A stretch of 64,000 nt of DNA from an uncultured Pseudodesulfovibrio sp. (GTDB lineage Bacteria; Desulfobacterota; Desulfovibrionia; Desulfovibrionales; Desulfovibrionaceae). The notes under the pieces are model-generated. The model was not told the origin of the DNA. It saw nothing but the letters and a program-made list of their open reading frames with translations, and did not search any database. The stretch covers positions 1,431,518 through 1,495,517 of the forward strand of contig OY782498.1 in the NCBI GenBank assembly GCA_963677845.1. The letters run 5' to 3'. The first letter of the stretch is position 1, and each line of letters opens with the position of its first letter. This document shows positions 38,205 to 48,428 of this stretch, piece after piece. Made by a program: the position numbers and the translations under genes.

Positions 38205-39467
38205 TTAGGGGTTATTCATCATACCTTCAATAAAACTGTCAGGCCACAGGGCAGGAGACGGGTCGCCTTCCATAAGACGTTCCTTGGCGGCATTATCCAG
38301 TTCAAAACCATTTTTGATAAAGCTAGTATAAAAACCGGCAGCATCAATGTCACCGATCAAAATACAACCAGCCAAAACATTTTCTTTGAATATGAGCTTT
38401 CGGTAAATTGAGTTTTCTCGATCCAAATGAATGGTTGTCTCATACCCATCCTCATCTGCCAGATTTGTTTCACCAACAGAAATCGTCGGCAAACCGTAAT
38501 ACGTAATAGAGTTCATTGACATGCCACCTGTGTAAGGGGCATCCGCCCCAGCCATATTCAACCCAGCATATCGTCCCTGAGTGTACGCATTAGGCCAGAT
38601 GGGACGCACGGTATATTCACCGGTCAGTAGATCCTTGGCTTCAGCAACATCGCCCGCAGCAAAAATATCAGGATCGCTTGTTGCAAGGAAATCATTAACC
38701 CGAATACCCTGATTTGTAATTAATCCAGCCTGTGCAGCCAGTCCCATATTCGGACGTACACCGGCAGCCACAATGACCACATCTGCATCGACAAGCCCCT
38801 TGTCGGTTTCTACACCTTTAATAGTTCCGTCATTGTACCGAACAATTTCCTTGGTGCCGGTCCCTTGCATAAATTTAATACCATTCTTTTCAAGATGATC
38901 GACAATTAACTCTCCTGCCGTTTCATCAAAATAGGTGCGCATTATACGGGAACGAACAACAATGGTGACTTCTACACCCTTTTCGGCAAAGCCTTCGGCA
39001 GCTTTCAAAGCGATCAGTCCAGCACCAATGACAACAACCCTCTTAACTTTGTCCACCAATTCCTTGAGTGTCTCCGCATGAGCGACAGTTGTAAAATTGT
39101 GGACCCCCGGTCCATCAATTCCAGGGAGGTTCGGCTTGACGGGTGTCCCCCCTGTAGCAAGCAGTAATTTGCCATACGGTACAGTATCCCCACTGTCCAA
39201 GGTCACAATTTTATCATTGGTATCAATGGACAACACCCGTGATCCGAGCCGCATTTCAATCCCGTTATTTTTATAAAATTCTTCTGGACGAAATGGTAAT
39301 GTTTCGAATTTTATCTTATCTGAAAGGTAATAGGAGATCAGCGGACGTCCATATGTCGGCACAGCCTCATCACTGATAACCGTTATGGCCCCTTTCGTAT
39401 CATGTTGACGAATACCTTCAATGGCACCGATGGCCGAAACACCATTTCCTACAATAACGTAATTCAT
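38205..39467 (-). CDS. FAD-dependent pyridine-nucleotide-disulfide-family oxidoreductase (rubredoxin/ferredoxin-reductase-like, no redox Cys pair seen)
   Basis: Start moved to MNYVIVGNGVSAIGA (GAGGAG RBS). Second Rossmann fold VVVIGAGLIALKAAE; FAAGDVAE motif. Confidence 0.75.
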   Translation of the reverse strand: MNYVIVGNGVSAIGAIEGIRQHDTKGAITVISDEAVPTYGRPLISYYLSDKIKFETLPFRPEEFYKNNGIEMRLGSRVLSIDTNDKIVTLDSGDTVPYGKLLLATGGTPVKPNLPGIDGPGVHNFTTVAHAETLKELVDKVKRVVVIGAGLIALKAAEGFAEKGVEVTIVVRSRIMRTYFDETAGELIVDHLEKNGIKFMQGTGTKEIVRYNDGTIKGVETDKGLVDADVVIVAAGVRPNMGLAAQAGLITNQGIRVNDFLATSDPDIFAAGDVAEAKDLLTGEYTVRPIWPNAYTQGRYAGLNMAGADAPYTGGMSMNSITYYGLPTISVGETNLADEDGYETTIHLDRENSIYRKLIFKENVLAGCILIGDIDAAGFYTSFIKNGFELDNAAKERLMEGDPSPALWPDSFIEGMMNNP

Positions 39468-39713
39468 ACTAAACTCCTCTGCGCCCAAAATTCACAACAT
39501 TAACAATTATGACAATAAAACGCCTCTTTTTGGGGTTGGACAGACTATCTACACATTTTTTAGTAAAAAATCCACTTCGACAATTAAAACAACCGTTTTA
39601 GATTAATATATTGAAATATTTGATTAAATATGAAAGTGAAAAATTTGCAAGAACCGAGAAGAACCGTTAACTAAAGCACCTCCCATTTACTCTAAACAAG
39701 AGATAAGCAAATC

Positions 39714-41132
39714 GTGAGCATTCAGGGAAATAAAGTACTCATTGCCAACAGGGGCGAAATAGCTGTTCGGATCATGGAAGCATGTTCCGATTTAGGCGTT
39801 CAGTTTGTCGCTCTGTATACAGAAGAAGATTCACAGTCCGGTCATATTGATGTTGCCAAAAGACTGGGCGGCGAAAAATCACTCTACCGCATTCATAACT
39901 ATCTTGATGCCGGTGATATCCTTTCCGTAGCCGATGAATCTGGTGCAACCGCTGTCCATCCGGGATACGGATTCTTTTCGGAAAACTACCGTTTTGCCAG
40001 ACGGGTAGTAGAACGAGATCGTCCCATGACCTTTATTGGTCCTTCATGGGAAGTTATTCGCGACCTTGGCGACAAGATTAATACCAAACGACTAGCACGC
40101 AAAATTGGGGTACCGACTGTCCCCGGTTCCGACCGTGCAATATATGATGAAATGGAAGCTGAAGCTATTGCCGAGAGCCTCTTTGAATTCCAGACGAAAA
40201 TGGGCATTTCTCGTCCGGTCGTTTTGGTAAAGGCATCCGCCGGCGGCGGAGGCATGGGCATCGATGAAGTCGAAGACATGGCTCGTTTCAGACAAACCTA
40301 CCGTCGAATTCGCAACTACTCGCTTCGTACATTTAATGATGAAGGCGTCCTTATTGAACAGCGCGTATTTAACTTCAATCATCTTGAAGTACAGATAGCT
40401 TCAGACCGAACCGGTATCAACCCAGTACACTTCGGGACTCGTAATTGCTCCGTTCAAAGTCCGGGTCTGCAAAAACGAATTGAAGTTGCCCCCGGATTCC
40501 GACCTGAAGATCTGCAATACAGTTTTGATGCCCAGAAGCTAATGGATGACATTACTGAATATTCCCTCTCGATCGCTCGCGAAATCAAATACGACAATGT
40601 CGGTACATGGGAATGGATTGTAACCCCCAATGGCGAGCCCTTTCTTATGGAAGTGAATACTCGTATTCAGGTGGAAAACGGCGTTTCGGCTTGCATCGCT
40701 TCAACGCAGGGCAACAAGGACGTCAATCTCATTCGTGAACAAATTCGCATCGGCCTTGGTGAGGATCTCGGTTATACGCAGGATGACGTTTCCTTTGACG
40801 GCGTCAGCATTGAATACCGCCTCATCGCTGAAGACACGACTCAAGGCTTCACTCCATGGGTTGGCAAGATTGAAGAACTAAAATGGACCGCCTGCGACTG
40901 GTTGAGCATGCATACGCATGTTCCTTTAGATCGAACATACCAAATCCCCACAGAATACGACCCCAACCTGGCATTGGCCATTATTTGGGGCAAGGATTTG
41001 GAAGAGGCAAAGAAACGCGGTCTGGAATTCTTGAACGACCTGAAACTCAACGGCGGGGACTCAAGCGGTGCTGGCATGAAGTCCAACATTCCCTTCCTCA
41101 TTGAGAAAACAGAAAATTTGCTTGAATTCTAA
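39714..41132 (+). CDS. accC: Biotin carboxylase (ATP-grasp)
   Basis: GTG start. KVLIANRGEIAVRIMEAC, HPGYGFFSEN and EVNTRIQVE motifs. Confidence 0.85.
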   Translation: MSIQGNKVLIANRGEIAVRIMEACSDLGVQFVALYTEEDSQSGHIDVAKRLGGEKSLYRIHNYLDAGDILSVADESGATAVHPGYGFFSENYRFARRVVERDRPMTFIGPSWEVIRDLGDKINTKRLARKIGVPTVPGSDRAIYDEMEAEAIAESLFEFQTKMGISRPVVLVKASAGGGGMGIDEVEDMARFRQTYRRIRNYSLRTFNDEGVLIEQRVFNFNHLEVQIASDRTGINPVHFGTRNCSVQSPGLQKRIEVAPGFRPEDLQYSFDAQKLMDDITEYSLSIAREIKYDNVGTWEWIVTPNGEPFLMEVNTRIQVENGVSACIASTQGNKDVNLIREQIRIGLGEDLGYTQDDVSFDGVSIEYRLIAEDTTQGFTPWVGKIEELKWTACDWLSMHTHVPLDRTYQIPTEYDPNLALAIIWGKDLEEAKKRGLEFLNDLKLNGGDSSGAGMKSNIPFLIEKTENLLEF

Positions 41133-41136
41133 TACT

Positions 41137-43383
41137 ATGAATATAGAAAAGAAATTGCAGGGACTTCAGGAACGGGTTAATTATGCCCGCGATATCCTTG
41201 GCGGCGCTCCCCGGCCTGAGTTGGATGCTTTTACCACGGAAATCAGTTCGTTCTCCGAAAAAAACAATGACCTGTCCGAAGAGTTAAAAAATCGGGCACT
41301 GGACTCATTGGACGCTCGATTGATTGCCATGGAATCCGCCATCGACACGCAGCTTACAGCCATGGATAAGGTGCGAATTGTTCGTCATCCTCAACGTGCA
41401 TGCCTCAAGGATATCCTTGAAAACGTCTACGATAACTACACTGAAATCGGTGGGCAAGACGAACATTCTATTGACCCCGGCATGCTTATCGCCAGAGCGT
41501 ACATCACTCGGCGTCGTGGCAAAAAGATCATTAACCAGCCGGTTATGGTTGTGGGGCAAGAAAAAGGCCACGGCGAAGAATTTCGTAATGGTGGCTCCAT
41601 CAAACCATGGGGCAACAGCAAGGCCTTGAAGTACATGAAGGTTGCTGCTCGGGAACAAATCCCCATCCATGCCTACGTGAATACGCCCGGCTCTTACCCT
41701 GTTGAAGATTTCCCGGGTGCAGCCCAGCAAATAGCTGAAAATATATATGAAATGGCAGGGCTTCCTGTTCCCATTATCGCCATCTTTTCAGAAGGCGGTT
41801 CCGGTGGCGCAGAAGCCATCGGCATGGCTGACAAACGTCTGATGCTTTCCCATGGATATTATTCAGTCATTTCTCCCGAAGGAGCTGCTGCCATTGAAGG
41901 CCGTATCCGAGGCTCTCAACGTGCACCTGTTGAGCTTATTGAATCCTGTGCATTGGCACAACGCATCACAGCTCAGGACAACCTGAAAAATGGTTACATT
42001 GATGAGATCATAGAAGAACCGCCGCTCGGTGCTCGCGCCGATCATTTCGACTTCTACAAACAAGTTCGAGAACAAATTGTCCGCGCCACAGATGAAGTGG
42101 CTCTTGGCGTTCGTGGCGTTCGTTTATTTCGTGCCATGGCCATGCGTCACTTCAAGCGACATACGGATATTATCGTTCGCTGGTCCCTCAATGAAACCGC
42201 ACGAGAACGCCTGATTGCCAAACGCTTCAAAAAATACCGCAAACTCGCTCAGCATGCTTATCAAGACAATCGATCCTTGATGGATAAACTGACTGCAACG
42301 AGTTCCGGCATCGTTTCCAACACTTCAAGCCTGCTCGTGTACGGATTGGTTAAACCCTTCCGTCAGCGTATTGGGCGTATTGTGGAAGAAGCTACTGATG
42401 AAATTCATGTCGTCACCGGCAAGGTCGATTCCGTTGTAAAGACAGTGCTCAAAAAAGTGGGCATCAAGGCTGAAGGTGACAAACAGAAGGAAATGGAGCT
42501 GACGGGGCTGTCTACAACACAAGAAACAGAGCCTACGGTAACCAATGATAATGGTTATATAAGCCCTCAAGCTAATATCGACAGAGAAGTTACTTGCCCG
42601 CACGCCTCAAAGCGTGGTTGTCTCGATATTTGGGCTAAAGATTTGTTTATTGATTTCGCCGGTGTCTGCCCTCATTGTGGTTACAACTTTCCAATGGAAT
42701 ACCAGTGGTATCTGCATAACCTCTTTGATAAAGGCTCTTTGCGTGAATTCAACCGCGACATCGCGGCAGGCAATCCCACGAAATTCCCGAACTTCGACGC
42801 ACGCGTTGACGCTGCCAAGGAAAAAACAGGCCTGCAATCAAGCTGCATGACGTTCAATGCTAGTCTTGAAGGGATTAATGTCACCTGCGCTACATTGATC
42901 GCAAACTTCCGAGGCGGCTCAGTGGGCGCAGCCGAGGGCGAGAAGTTCATTCGCGCTCTGGAACTGGCACAGACAAAACATCAACCGTTTCTCGCCTATG
43001 TACACGGCACAGCGGGTATTCGCATTCAGGAAGGCGTTAACGGCCTTATTCAAATGCCACGCTGCACAATGGCGGTCCGTAAGTATATTGAAGAAGGTGG
43101 ACTGTATATTGTGCTGTACGATACCAACTCGTATGCCGGTCCAGTTGCATCCTTCCTTGGATGTTCTCCGTACCAATACGCAGTCCGTTCCTCACGCTTG
43201 GGCTTTGCTGGCCCCGGTGTTATCAAGGAAACCACAGGCATTGAAATACCACCCGACTACCACAATTGCTACAAAGGCCTTTCCCGAGGTCACATTCAAG
43301 GCGTGTGGAGCCGTAAGGACATTCGTAAAAATCTGCATCAGGCTTTCCTGACAATTGGTGGACGCAACCTCTATTATAGGTAG
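41137..43383 (+). CDS. Carboxyltransferase with fused alpha (AccA-like, N-terminal) and beta (AccD-like, C-terminal) halves
   Basis: Start moved to MNIEKKLQ, 4 nt after the accC stop. The AccA-like part has RIVRHPQR..., GGSIKPWG..K and FSEGGSGGAEA. The AccD-like part has a Zn-ribbon remnant C-x7-C-x15-CPHC and ANFRGGSVG. Confidence 0.8.
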   Translation: MNIEKKLQGLQERVNYARDILGGAPRPELDAFTTEISSFSEKNNDLSEELKNRALDSLDARLIAMESAIDTQLTAMDKVRIVRHPQRACLKDILENVYDNYTEIGGQDEHSIDPGMLIARAYITRRRGKKIINQPVMVVGQEKGHGEEFRNGGSIKPWGNSKALKYMKVAAREQIPIHAYVNTPGSYPVEDFPGAAQQIAENIYEMAGLPVPIIAIFSEGGSGGAEAIGMADKRLMLSHGYYSVISPEGAAAIEGRIRGSQRAPVELIESCALAQRITAQDNLKNGYIDEIIEEPPLGARADHFDFYKQVREQIVRATDEVALGVRGVRLFRAMAMRHFKRHTDIIVRWSLNETARERLIAKRFKKYRKLAQHAYQDNRSLMDKLTATSSGIVSNTSSLLVYGLVKPFRQRIGRIVEEATDEIHVVTGKVDSVVKTVLKKVGIKAEGDKQKEMELTGLSTTQETEPTVTNDNGYISPQANIDREVTCPHASKRGCLDIWAKDLFIDFAGVCPHCGYNFPMEYQWYLHNLFDKGSLREFNRDIAAGNPTKFPNFDARVDAAKEKTGLQSSCMTFNASLEGINVTCATLIANFRGGSVGAAEGEKFIRALELAQTKHQPFLAYVHGTAGIRIQEGVNGLIQMPRCTMAVRKYIEEGGLYIVLYDTNSYAGPVASFLGCSPYQYAVRSSRLGFAGPGVIKETTGIEIPPDYHNCYKGLSRGHIQGVWSRKDIRKNLHQAFLTIGGRNLYYR

Positions 43384-43410
43384 CTTTTCACCCTTCTATT
43401 ACCTGCATTA

Positions 43411-43440
43411 GGCAGCCTCTTCGGAGGCTGCCTTTTTTTT
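43411..43440 (+). terminator. Rho-independent terminator
   Basis: ggcagcctc-ttcg-gaggctgcc followed by T8. Confidence 0.7.
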
Positions 43441-43577
43441 AATCCAAAAAATAACGACACTGTAACGTGGTGGTAACTTCCATTTTACTTGAGGGTGTAG
43501 AAAAAGACTGGTCTTATTTGTTATTGGTAATAATTTCTGCATATTTACCTCTACAGAATTAACATGCGAGAAACACC

Positions 43578-45863
43578 ATGCTTCCTGAAAAGATCAAAGC
43601 CCTATTTTCAGATAAAACAGAGGATGCAATGCACCTTAAACTCCCCGAGTATGTACTGACAGATTTCAAATTGGATACAATTCATACCCAAACACTCGTT
43701 CTCATTACAATCAGGGACTATTTTACTCTTCGAGAAATGTACGGCCAAAGTTTTGTTGATCATTTAGAAAATGAGCTCAAGGCGTCTTTGCAGCAAACAG
43801 CAAAAAACAACAACACAAACTCCATTCAAACGAATAAAATAGGTCCTGGTGTTACGGCTTTTCTCGTTCCGCAAGACAGCAACCCTGCTGATATTGCCTA
43901 TGGATACAAGGGGCAGGCTCGAATGGCTCTTGGAGCTATAATGCTTCGCCATACAGGTATCGGCATTGATCTTGGAATGGGGTTCGCTTCTGTGCCCTGC
44001 AATCAGCAAGAAAAATGTACCACGATTATCACACAAGCTCTTAGAGATGCCCGTCGAATGGAAAGTCGACCACTGGATATGAAGAATCTTTCCATCAACA
44101 CTCGTTTCAACACCATTCTCACGCAAAAACTGATATCAGCCCATTATCAACCCATTTATGACTTTCGCACCAGCACGACCTTAGGTTGGGAGGCTCTTGC
44201 TCGTGGACCGAAAGGCTCTTCTTTCCGCTCCCCTTTTATGCTTTTTGAAACGGCTGAAGAACTTGGTCGCCTTTTTGCCCTGGAAAAACTATGTAGGGAA
44301 GTTGCTGTCAACAATGTTGGCACATTATCAGAACAACAAAAACTGTTTCTAAACATCCATCCAAAAACAATGGCCGATCCACTCTTCTCTCCCGGTCATA
44401 CCCGTGAACTTTTGGAGAAAGCCCAATTAACCCCAGATAACATTGTTTTTGAAATAACCGAACGCCATAGTGTCCAGGACTTTGATCTCTTTTACAGGGC
44501 ATTAGACCATTACCGCAATCAAGGCTTTCAAATTGCCGTGGACGATGCAGGAGCCGGTTATGCGGGATTATCGCTCATTGCTGAACTTCAACCAGATTAC
44601 ATCAAACTAGATAAATCACTCATCGACGACATTCATAAAGACCCGGTAAAACGTGCATTGGTAGAAACCACCGTCACTTTTGCCGACAAGATAGGTTCCC
44701 GAATTATTGCTGAAGGTATCGAATACAAGGCACAAGCACTTTGCCTCAAAGATATAGGCGTTCATTGCGGCCAAGGTTTTTTTCTTGCAAGACCGGCGTA
44801 TCCGAAGCCTCGGGTCGGCGACGAATGTAAGAATCTGAAAGCTGTCCGTGACATTTCATCCAACATCACCTGCTCTCGCCCTGTCGGAGACCTCGCGGAG
44901 ACACCCCATCCAGAGGGGCTTGACTGTAGGGTCTCACAAGTTCATAAATTTTTTCGAAAAAACAATCAATTTAGCAGTATTGTCATAGTTGAAGACAATA
45001 TTCCACGAGGAATCCTCATGGAATATCACCTCAATCGTCAACTTTCATCTCAGTATGGAATAGCCCTTTACCACAAACGCTCCATAGCTTCGATCATGGA
45101 TGACAGGCCGCTTGTTGTGGACATGGAAACCCCCGTTGAGCAGGCAGCTCGTTCTGCCATGCAACGGGAACACTTCAAGACCTACGATGATATCATCGTG
45201 ACCAAAAAAGGGAAGCTCTACGGAGTGGTCACGGTGCAAGCTCTACTCAATGCTTTGGCCGAAATTCAGGTTGAAATGGCCAAAGGAACCAATCCTCTCA
45301 CCGGCTTACCGGGCAATGTCGCCATAGAACAGGAAGTGGAACGTCGTATTAAACAAAAAGAAAGTTTCAGCATCATCTACGGCGATCTTGACCATTTCAA
45401 GGTGTACAACGACACCTATGGATTTAAAAATGGTGACAGAATAATCAAATTGGCGGCAGATATCATGTCTTGGGCCATGAAAAAACATGCACCGCAGGAT
45501 GCCCAACTCTGTCACATCGGCGGCGATGATTTTGTGCTCATTACCACACCGGAATCCGTTAATAGGATATGCAAATCCATAACTCGCTGTTTCGGACGGT
45601 TGGTTCACCAATGTTATTGTGCAGATGATCGCGCACGAGGTTGGATCAAAGCCAAAGGAAGAGATGGTAAAAAAAGGGAATACCCTTTAGTTACCATCTC
45701 CTTAGGTGTTATTGAGATTTTCGGTCAATGTTCGCTCATGGAGATCGGGGAACGGGCCGCGCACATCAAAAAATACGCAAAATCCATTTCCGGAAACTCC
45801 GTGGCTATTGATCGACGTTCCGCAATCGGAAGTGATTCAACGATTCTTATAGAGCAAAAATAG
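43578..45863 (+). CDS. c-di-GMP signalling protein: N-terminal domain of unknown type, EAL, CBS pair, GGDEF-like (GGDDF)
   Basis: EAL-domain motifs WEALARGP, FEITERH, QIAVDDAGAGY, KLDKSLI, AEGIE and GQGFFLARP. The region around VVEDNIPRGIL...VTKKGKLYGVV is CBS-like. The C-terminal domain has NPLTGLPGN..DLDHFKVYNDTYGFKNGD..HIGGDDFVLI. Confidence 0.8.
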   Translation: MLPEKIKALFSDKTEDAMHLKLPEYVLTDFKLDTIHTQTLVLITIRDYFTLREMYGQSFVDHLENELKASLQQTAKNNNTNSIQTNKIGPGVTAFLVPQDSNPADIAYGYKGQARMALGAIMLRHTGIGIDLGMGFASVPCNQQEKCTTIITQALRDARRMESRPLDMKNLSINTRFNTILTQKLISAHYQPIYDFRTSTTLGWEALARGPKGSSFRSPFMLFETAEELGRLFALEKLCREVAVNNVGTLSEQQKLFLNIHPKTMADPLFSPGHTRELLEKAQLTPDNIVFEITERHSVQDFDLFYRALDHYRNQGFQIAVDDAGAGYAGLSLIAELQPDYIKLDKSLIDDIHKDPVKRALVETTVTFADKIGSRIIAEGIEYKAQALCLKDIGVHCGQGFFLARPAYPKPRVGDECKNLKAVRDISSNITCSRPVGDLAETPHPEGLDCRVSQVHKFFRKNNQFSSIVIVEDNIPRGILMEYHLNRQLSSQYGIALYHKRSIASIMDDRPLVVDMETPVEQAARSAMQREHFKTYDDIIVTKKGKLYGVVTVQALLNALAEIQVEMAKGTNPLTGLPGNVAIEQEVERRIKQKESFSIIYGDLDHFKVYNDTYGFKNGDRIIKLAADIMSWAMKKHAPQDAQLCHIGGDDFVLITTPESVNRICKSITRCFGRLVHQCYCADDRARGWIKAKGRDGKKREYPLVTISLGVIEIFGQCSLMEIGERAAHIKKYAKSISGNSVAIDRRSAIGSDSTILIEQK

Positions 45864-45872
45864 ACCTGAGTC

Positions 45873-47555
45873 TTACCGAGTCAATTTACGAAACTTAAGT
45901 CGGTGAGGCTGACTGGCATCTGCGCCGAGACGTTTCTTTCTGTCAGCATCATAATCGCTATAATTCCCTTCCACCATGACCACTTTGGAATCCCCCTCAA
46001 AGGCAAGGATATGCGTGGCAACTCGATCAAGGAACCAGCGGTCATGGCTGATGACCAGAACACAACCGGCGAAGTTTTCCAGACCATCTTCCAAAGCACG
46101 CATGGTATTTACGTCCAGATCGTTGGTCGGTTCATCAAGAAGCAGGACGTTGGCACCGGATTTCAACATCTGGGCCATGTGCACTCTGTTCCGCTCACCG
46201 CCTGACAGGACGTCAACATTTTTTTGCTGATCCTGACCGGCAAAGTTAAAACGAGAGCAGTAGGCACGAGCATTCATCTCGCGCTCTCCGAGTTTGATAA
46301 ACTCAGCTCCGCCGCTGATGATTTCGTAAACGCTTTTACCCGGAGTCAGAGAATTACGATTCTGATCGGCATAAGCCAATTCAACGGTTGAACCGATAGT
46401 CATTGTGCCGGAATCAGGTTGTTCATCGCCAACGATCATCTTGCATAAAGTAGATTTACCTGCGCCGTTAGGACCGATAATCCCCACGATGGCATTGGGG
46501 GGGAGGATGAAATTAACATCTTCCATAAGCAATTTATCGCCCATGGATTTTGTGACATTCTCGGCCACGACAACCTGTTTTCCAAGATGTGGTCCCGGTG
46601 GGATATAAATTTGCAGATCATCTGCCAGACGTTCGCTCTCATGGCTGATCATTGATTCATACGCATTAATACGCGCTTTGGACTTGGCTCGACGTCCTTT
46701 TGGAGACATACGAATCCATTCCAGTTCCCGTTGCAAGGTCTTTTGACGATCTGCTTCCTGCTTGCCTTCCTGAGAAAGGCGATTCTGCTTCTGATCAAGC
46801 CAGGAAGAATAATTCCCCTTCCAAGGAATACCACGACCTCGATCGAGTTCCAAAATCCAACCAGCCACGTTGTCGAGAAAATACCTGTCATGAGTTACAG
46901 CAATGACGGTACCGGGAAAACTGGACAGAAATTGTTCCAGCCATGCAACAGAATCCGCATCAAGATGGTTGGTAGGCTCGTCCAACAGCAAGATATCAGG
47001 TGACTGAAGCAACAGACGACACAAGGCCACACGACGTTTTTCACCACCAGAAATTACGGATACAGACGTGTCGCCCGGAGGGCACCGTAGGGAATCCATA
47101 GCCATTTCAAGCTTGGAATCAATATCCCACGCGCCCTTGGCATCCATGAGTTCCTGTACTTTGCCTTGCTTTTCAATGAGAGCGTCCATTTCGTCGGCTT
47201 CCATGGGTTCAGCAAATTTTTCGTTGATCTCATTGTATTCACGGATAATATCCATGACTTCGCCAACACCCTCTTCCACTACTTCACGAACGGTACGCTC
47301 TTCATTCTGGAGAGGCTCCTGTTCAAGGTAGCCGACAGTAAATCCATCCTTGACCTGTATTTCGCCTTCAAAGGCAGTGTCCACACCGGCCAAAATCTTC
47401 AATAAGGAAGATTTACCAGAGCCGTTCAGACCAAGCACGCCGATCTTGGCGCCATAGAAGTAGGACAGAGAAACATTTTTCAATACTTCCCTTTGCCCGT
47501 GACGCTTGGTCACTTTATACATGGAATAAATAATCTTATCGGGTTCGTTGCTCAT
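45873..47555 (-). CDS. ettA: Energy-dependent translational throttle ABC-F protein
   Basis: IIYSMYKVTKRHGQREVLKNVSLSFY-type N-terminus, two ABC cassettes, 560 aa. Confidence 0.9.
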   Translation of the reverse strand: MSNEPDKIIYSMYKVTKRHGQREVLKNVSLSYFYGAKIGVLGLNGSGKSSLLKILAGVDTAFEGEIQVKDGFTVGYLEQEPLQNEERTVREVVEEGVGEVMDIIREYNEINEKFAEPMEADEMDALIEKQGKVQELMDAKGAWDIDSKLEMAMDSLRCPPGDTSVSVISGGEKRRVALCRLLLQSPDILLLDEPTNHLDADSVAWLEQFLSSFPGTVIAVTHDRYFLDNVAGWILELDRGRGIPWKGNYSSWLDQKQNRLSQEGKQEADRQKTLQRELEWIRMSPKGRRAKSKARINAYESMISHESERLADDLQIYIPPGPHLGKQVVVAENVTKSMGDKLLMEDVNFILPPNAIVGIIGPNGAGKSTLCKMIVGDEQPDSGTMTIGSTVELAYADQNRNSLTPGKSVYEIISGGAEFIKLGEREMNARAYCSRFNFAGQDQQKNVDVLSGGERNRVHMAQMLKSGANVLLLDEPTNDLDVNTMRALEDGLENFAGCVLVISHDRWFLDRVATHILAFEGDSKVVMVEGNYSDYDADRKKRLGADASQPHRLKFRKLTR

Positions 47556-47593
47556 TGATACCTCGTTAAAAATGAAAATATGCGGAACGGTGA

Positions 47594-48424
47594 CTAGGTA
47601 TACGACTGTACCACCGCTTTCAAGTCGTTTCTGTCATACTCATGGACAGCAAGCCTGCCTTGAACGGAAAATACGGGCCGATCATTTTGATACAACACTC
47701 CCAGCGGGATACGTTCGCCAAATTCGTCGCTCTTTTCCATGGCCGCTCCCCAATTGGTCGGATCATGATCTTCCAAAAAATACGTTCGTTCCTTATACCA
47801 TGAAAATGTATTGATTTTATTAAAGGAAACACATGGTTGCAAAATATCAACCAAAGAAAAACCTGTGTGATTAACAGCTTCGGTGATGACGGCAGCCAAG
47901 TGATCAGGCTCACCAGAAAAAGCCCGCGCCACAAAGTTGGCCTTCATTGACACAGCAGTACTCACCGGGTTGAAGGCTTCTGACTGCGCGCCGTTAGGTT
48001 GTGCTTTGGTTACATGGCCGCGCCCAGTTGTCGGGCTAGCTTGTCCTTTGGTCAAACCATAAATCTGATTGTTATGCACCAACATGGTGATATCCAGATT
48101 ACGCCGGATAGCTGCGAGGAAATGATTGCCCCCTTCACCATAGGTACAACCGTCGCCCGAGACGCAAATAACGTTCATTTCGGGATTCGCCATTTTCATG
48201 CCCTGCGCCACTGGCAAAGACCGACCATGCAGACCATTGAACATGTGACAGTTCAGATAATGAGGCATCTTGGCGGCTTGCCCAATACCAGAGGAAATTA
48301 TCACCTCGTGAGGCGCGATATCCATACCCGTCAAAGCCTTTTTCAAGCTCGAAAGGATGGAGAAATTACCGCAACCGGGGCACCATGTCGTTTCGAATTG
48401 ACCGTAATCTTCGATGGAAACCAT
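47594..48424 (-). CDS. korB: 2-oxoacid:ferredoxin oxidoreductase beta (TPP-binding) subunit
   Basis: Start moved to MVSIEDYG. WCPGCGNFSIL and SGDGCTYGEGGNH motifs. Confidence 0.85.
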   Translation of the reverse strand: MVSIEDYGQFETTWCPGCGNFSILSSLKKALTGMDIAPHEVIISSGIGQAAKMPHYLNCHMFNGLHGRSLPVAQGMKMANPEMNVICVSGDGCTYGEGGNHFLAAIRRNLDITMLVHNNQIYGLTKGQASPTTGRGHVTKAQPNGAQSEAFNPVSTAVSMKANFVARAFSGEPDHLAAVITEAVNHTGFSLVDILQPCVSFNKINTFSWYKERTYFLEDHDPTNWGAAMEKSDEFGERIPLGVLYQNDRPVFSVQGRLAVHEYDRNDLKAVVQSYT

Positions 48425-48428
48425 ATCC

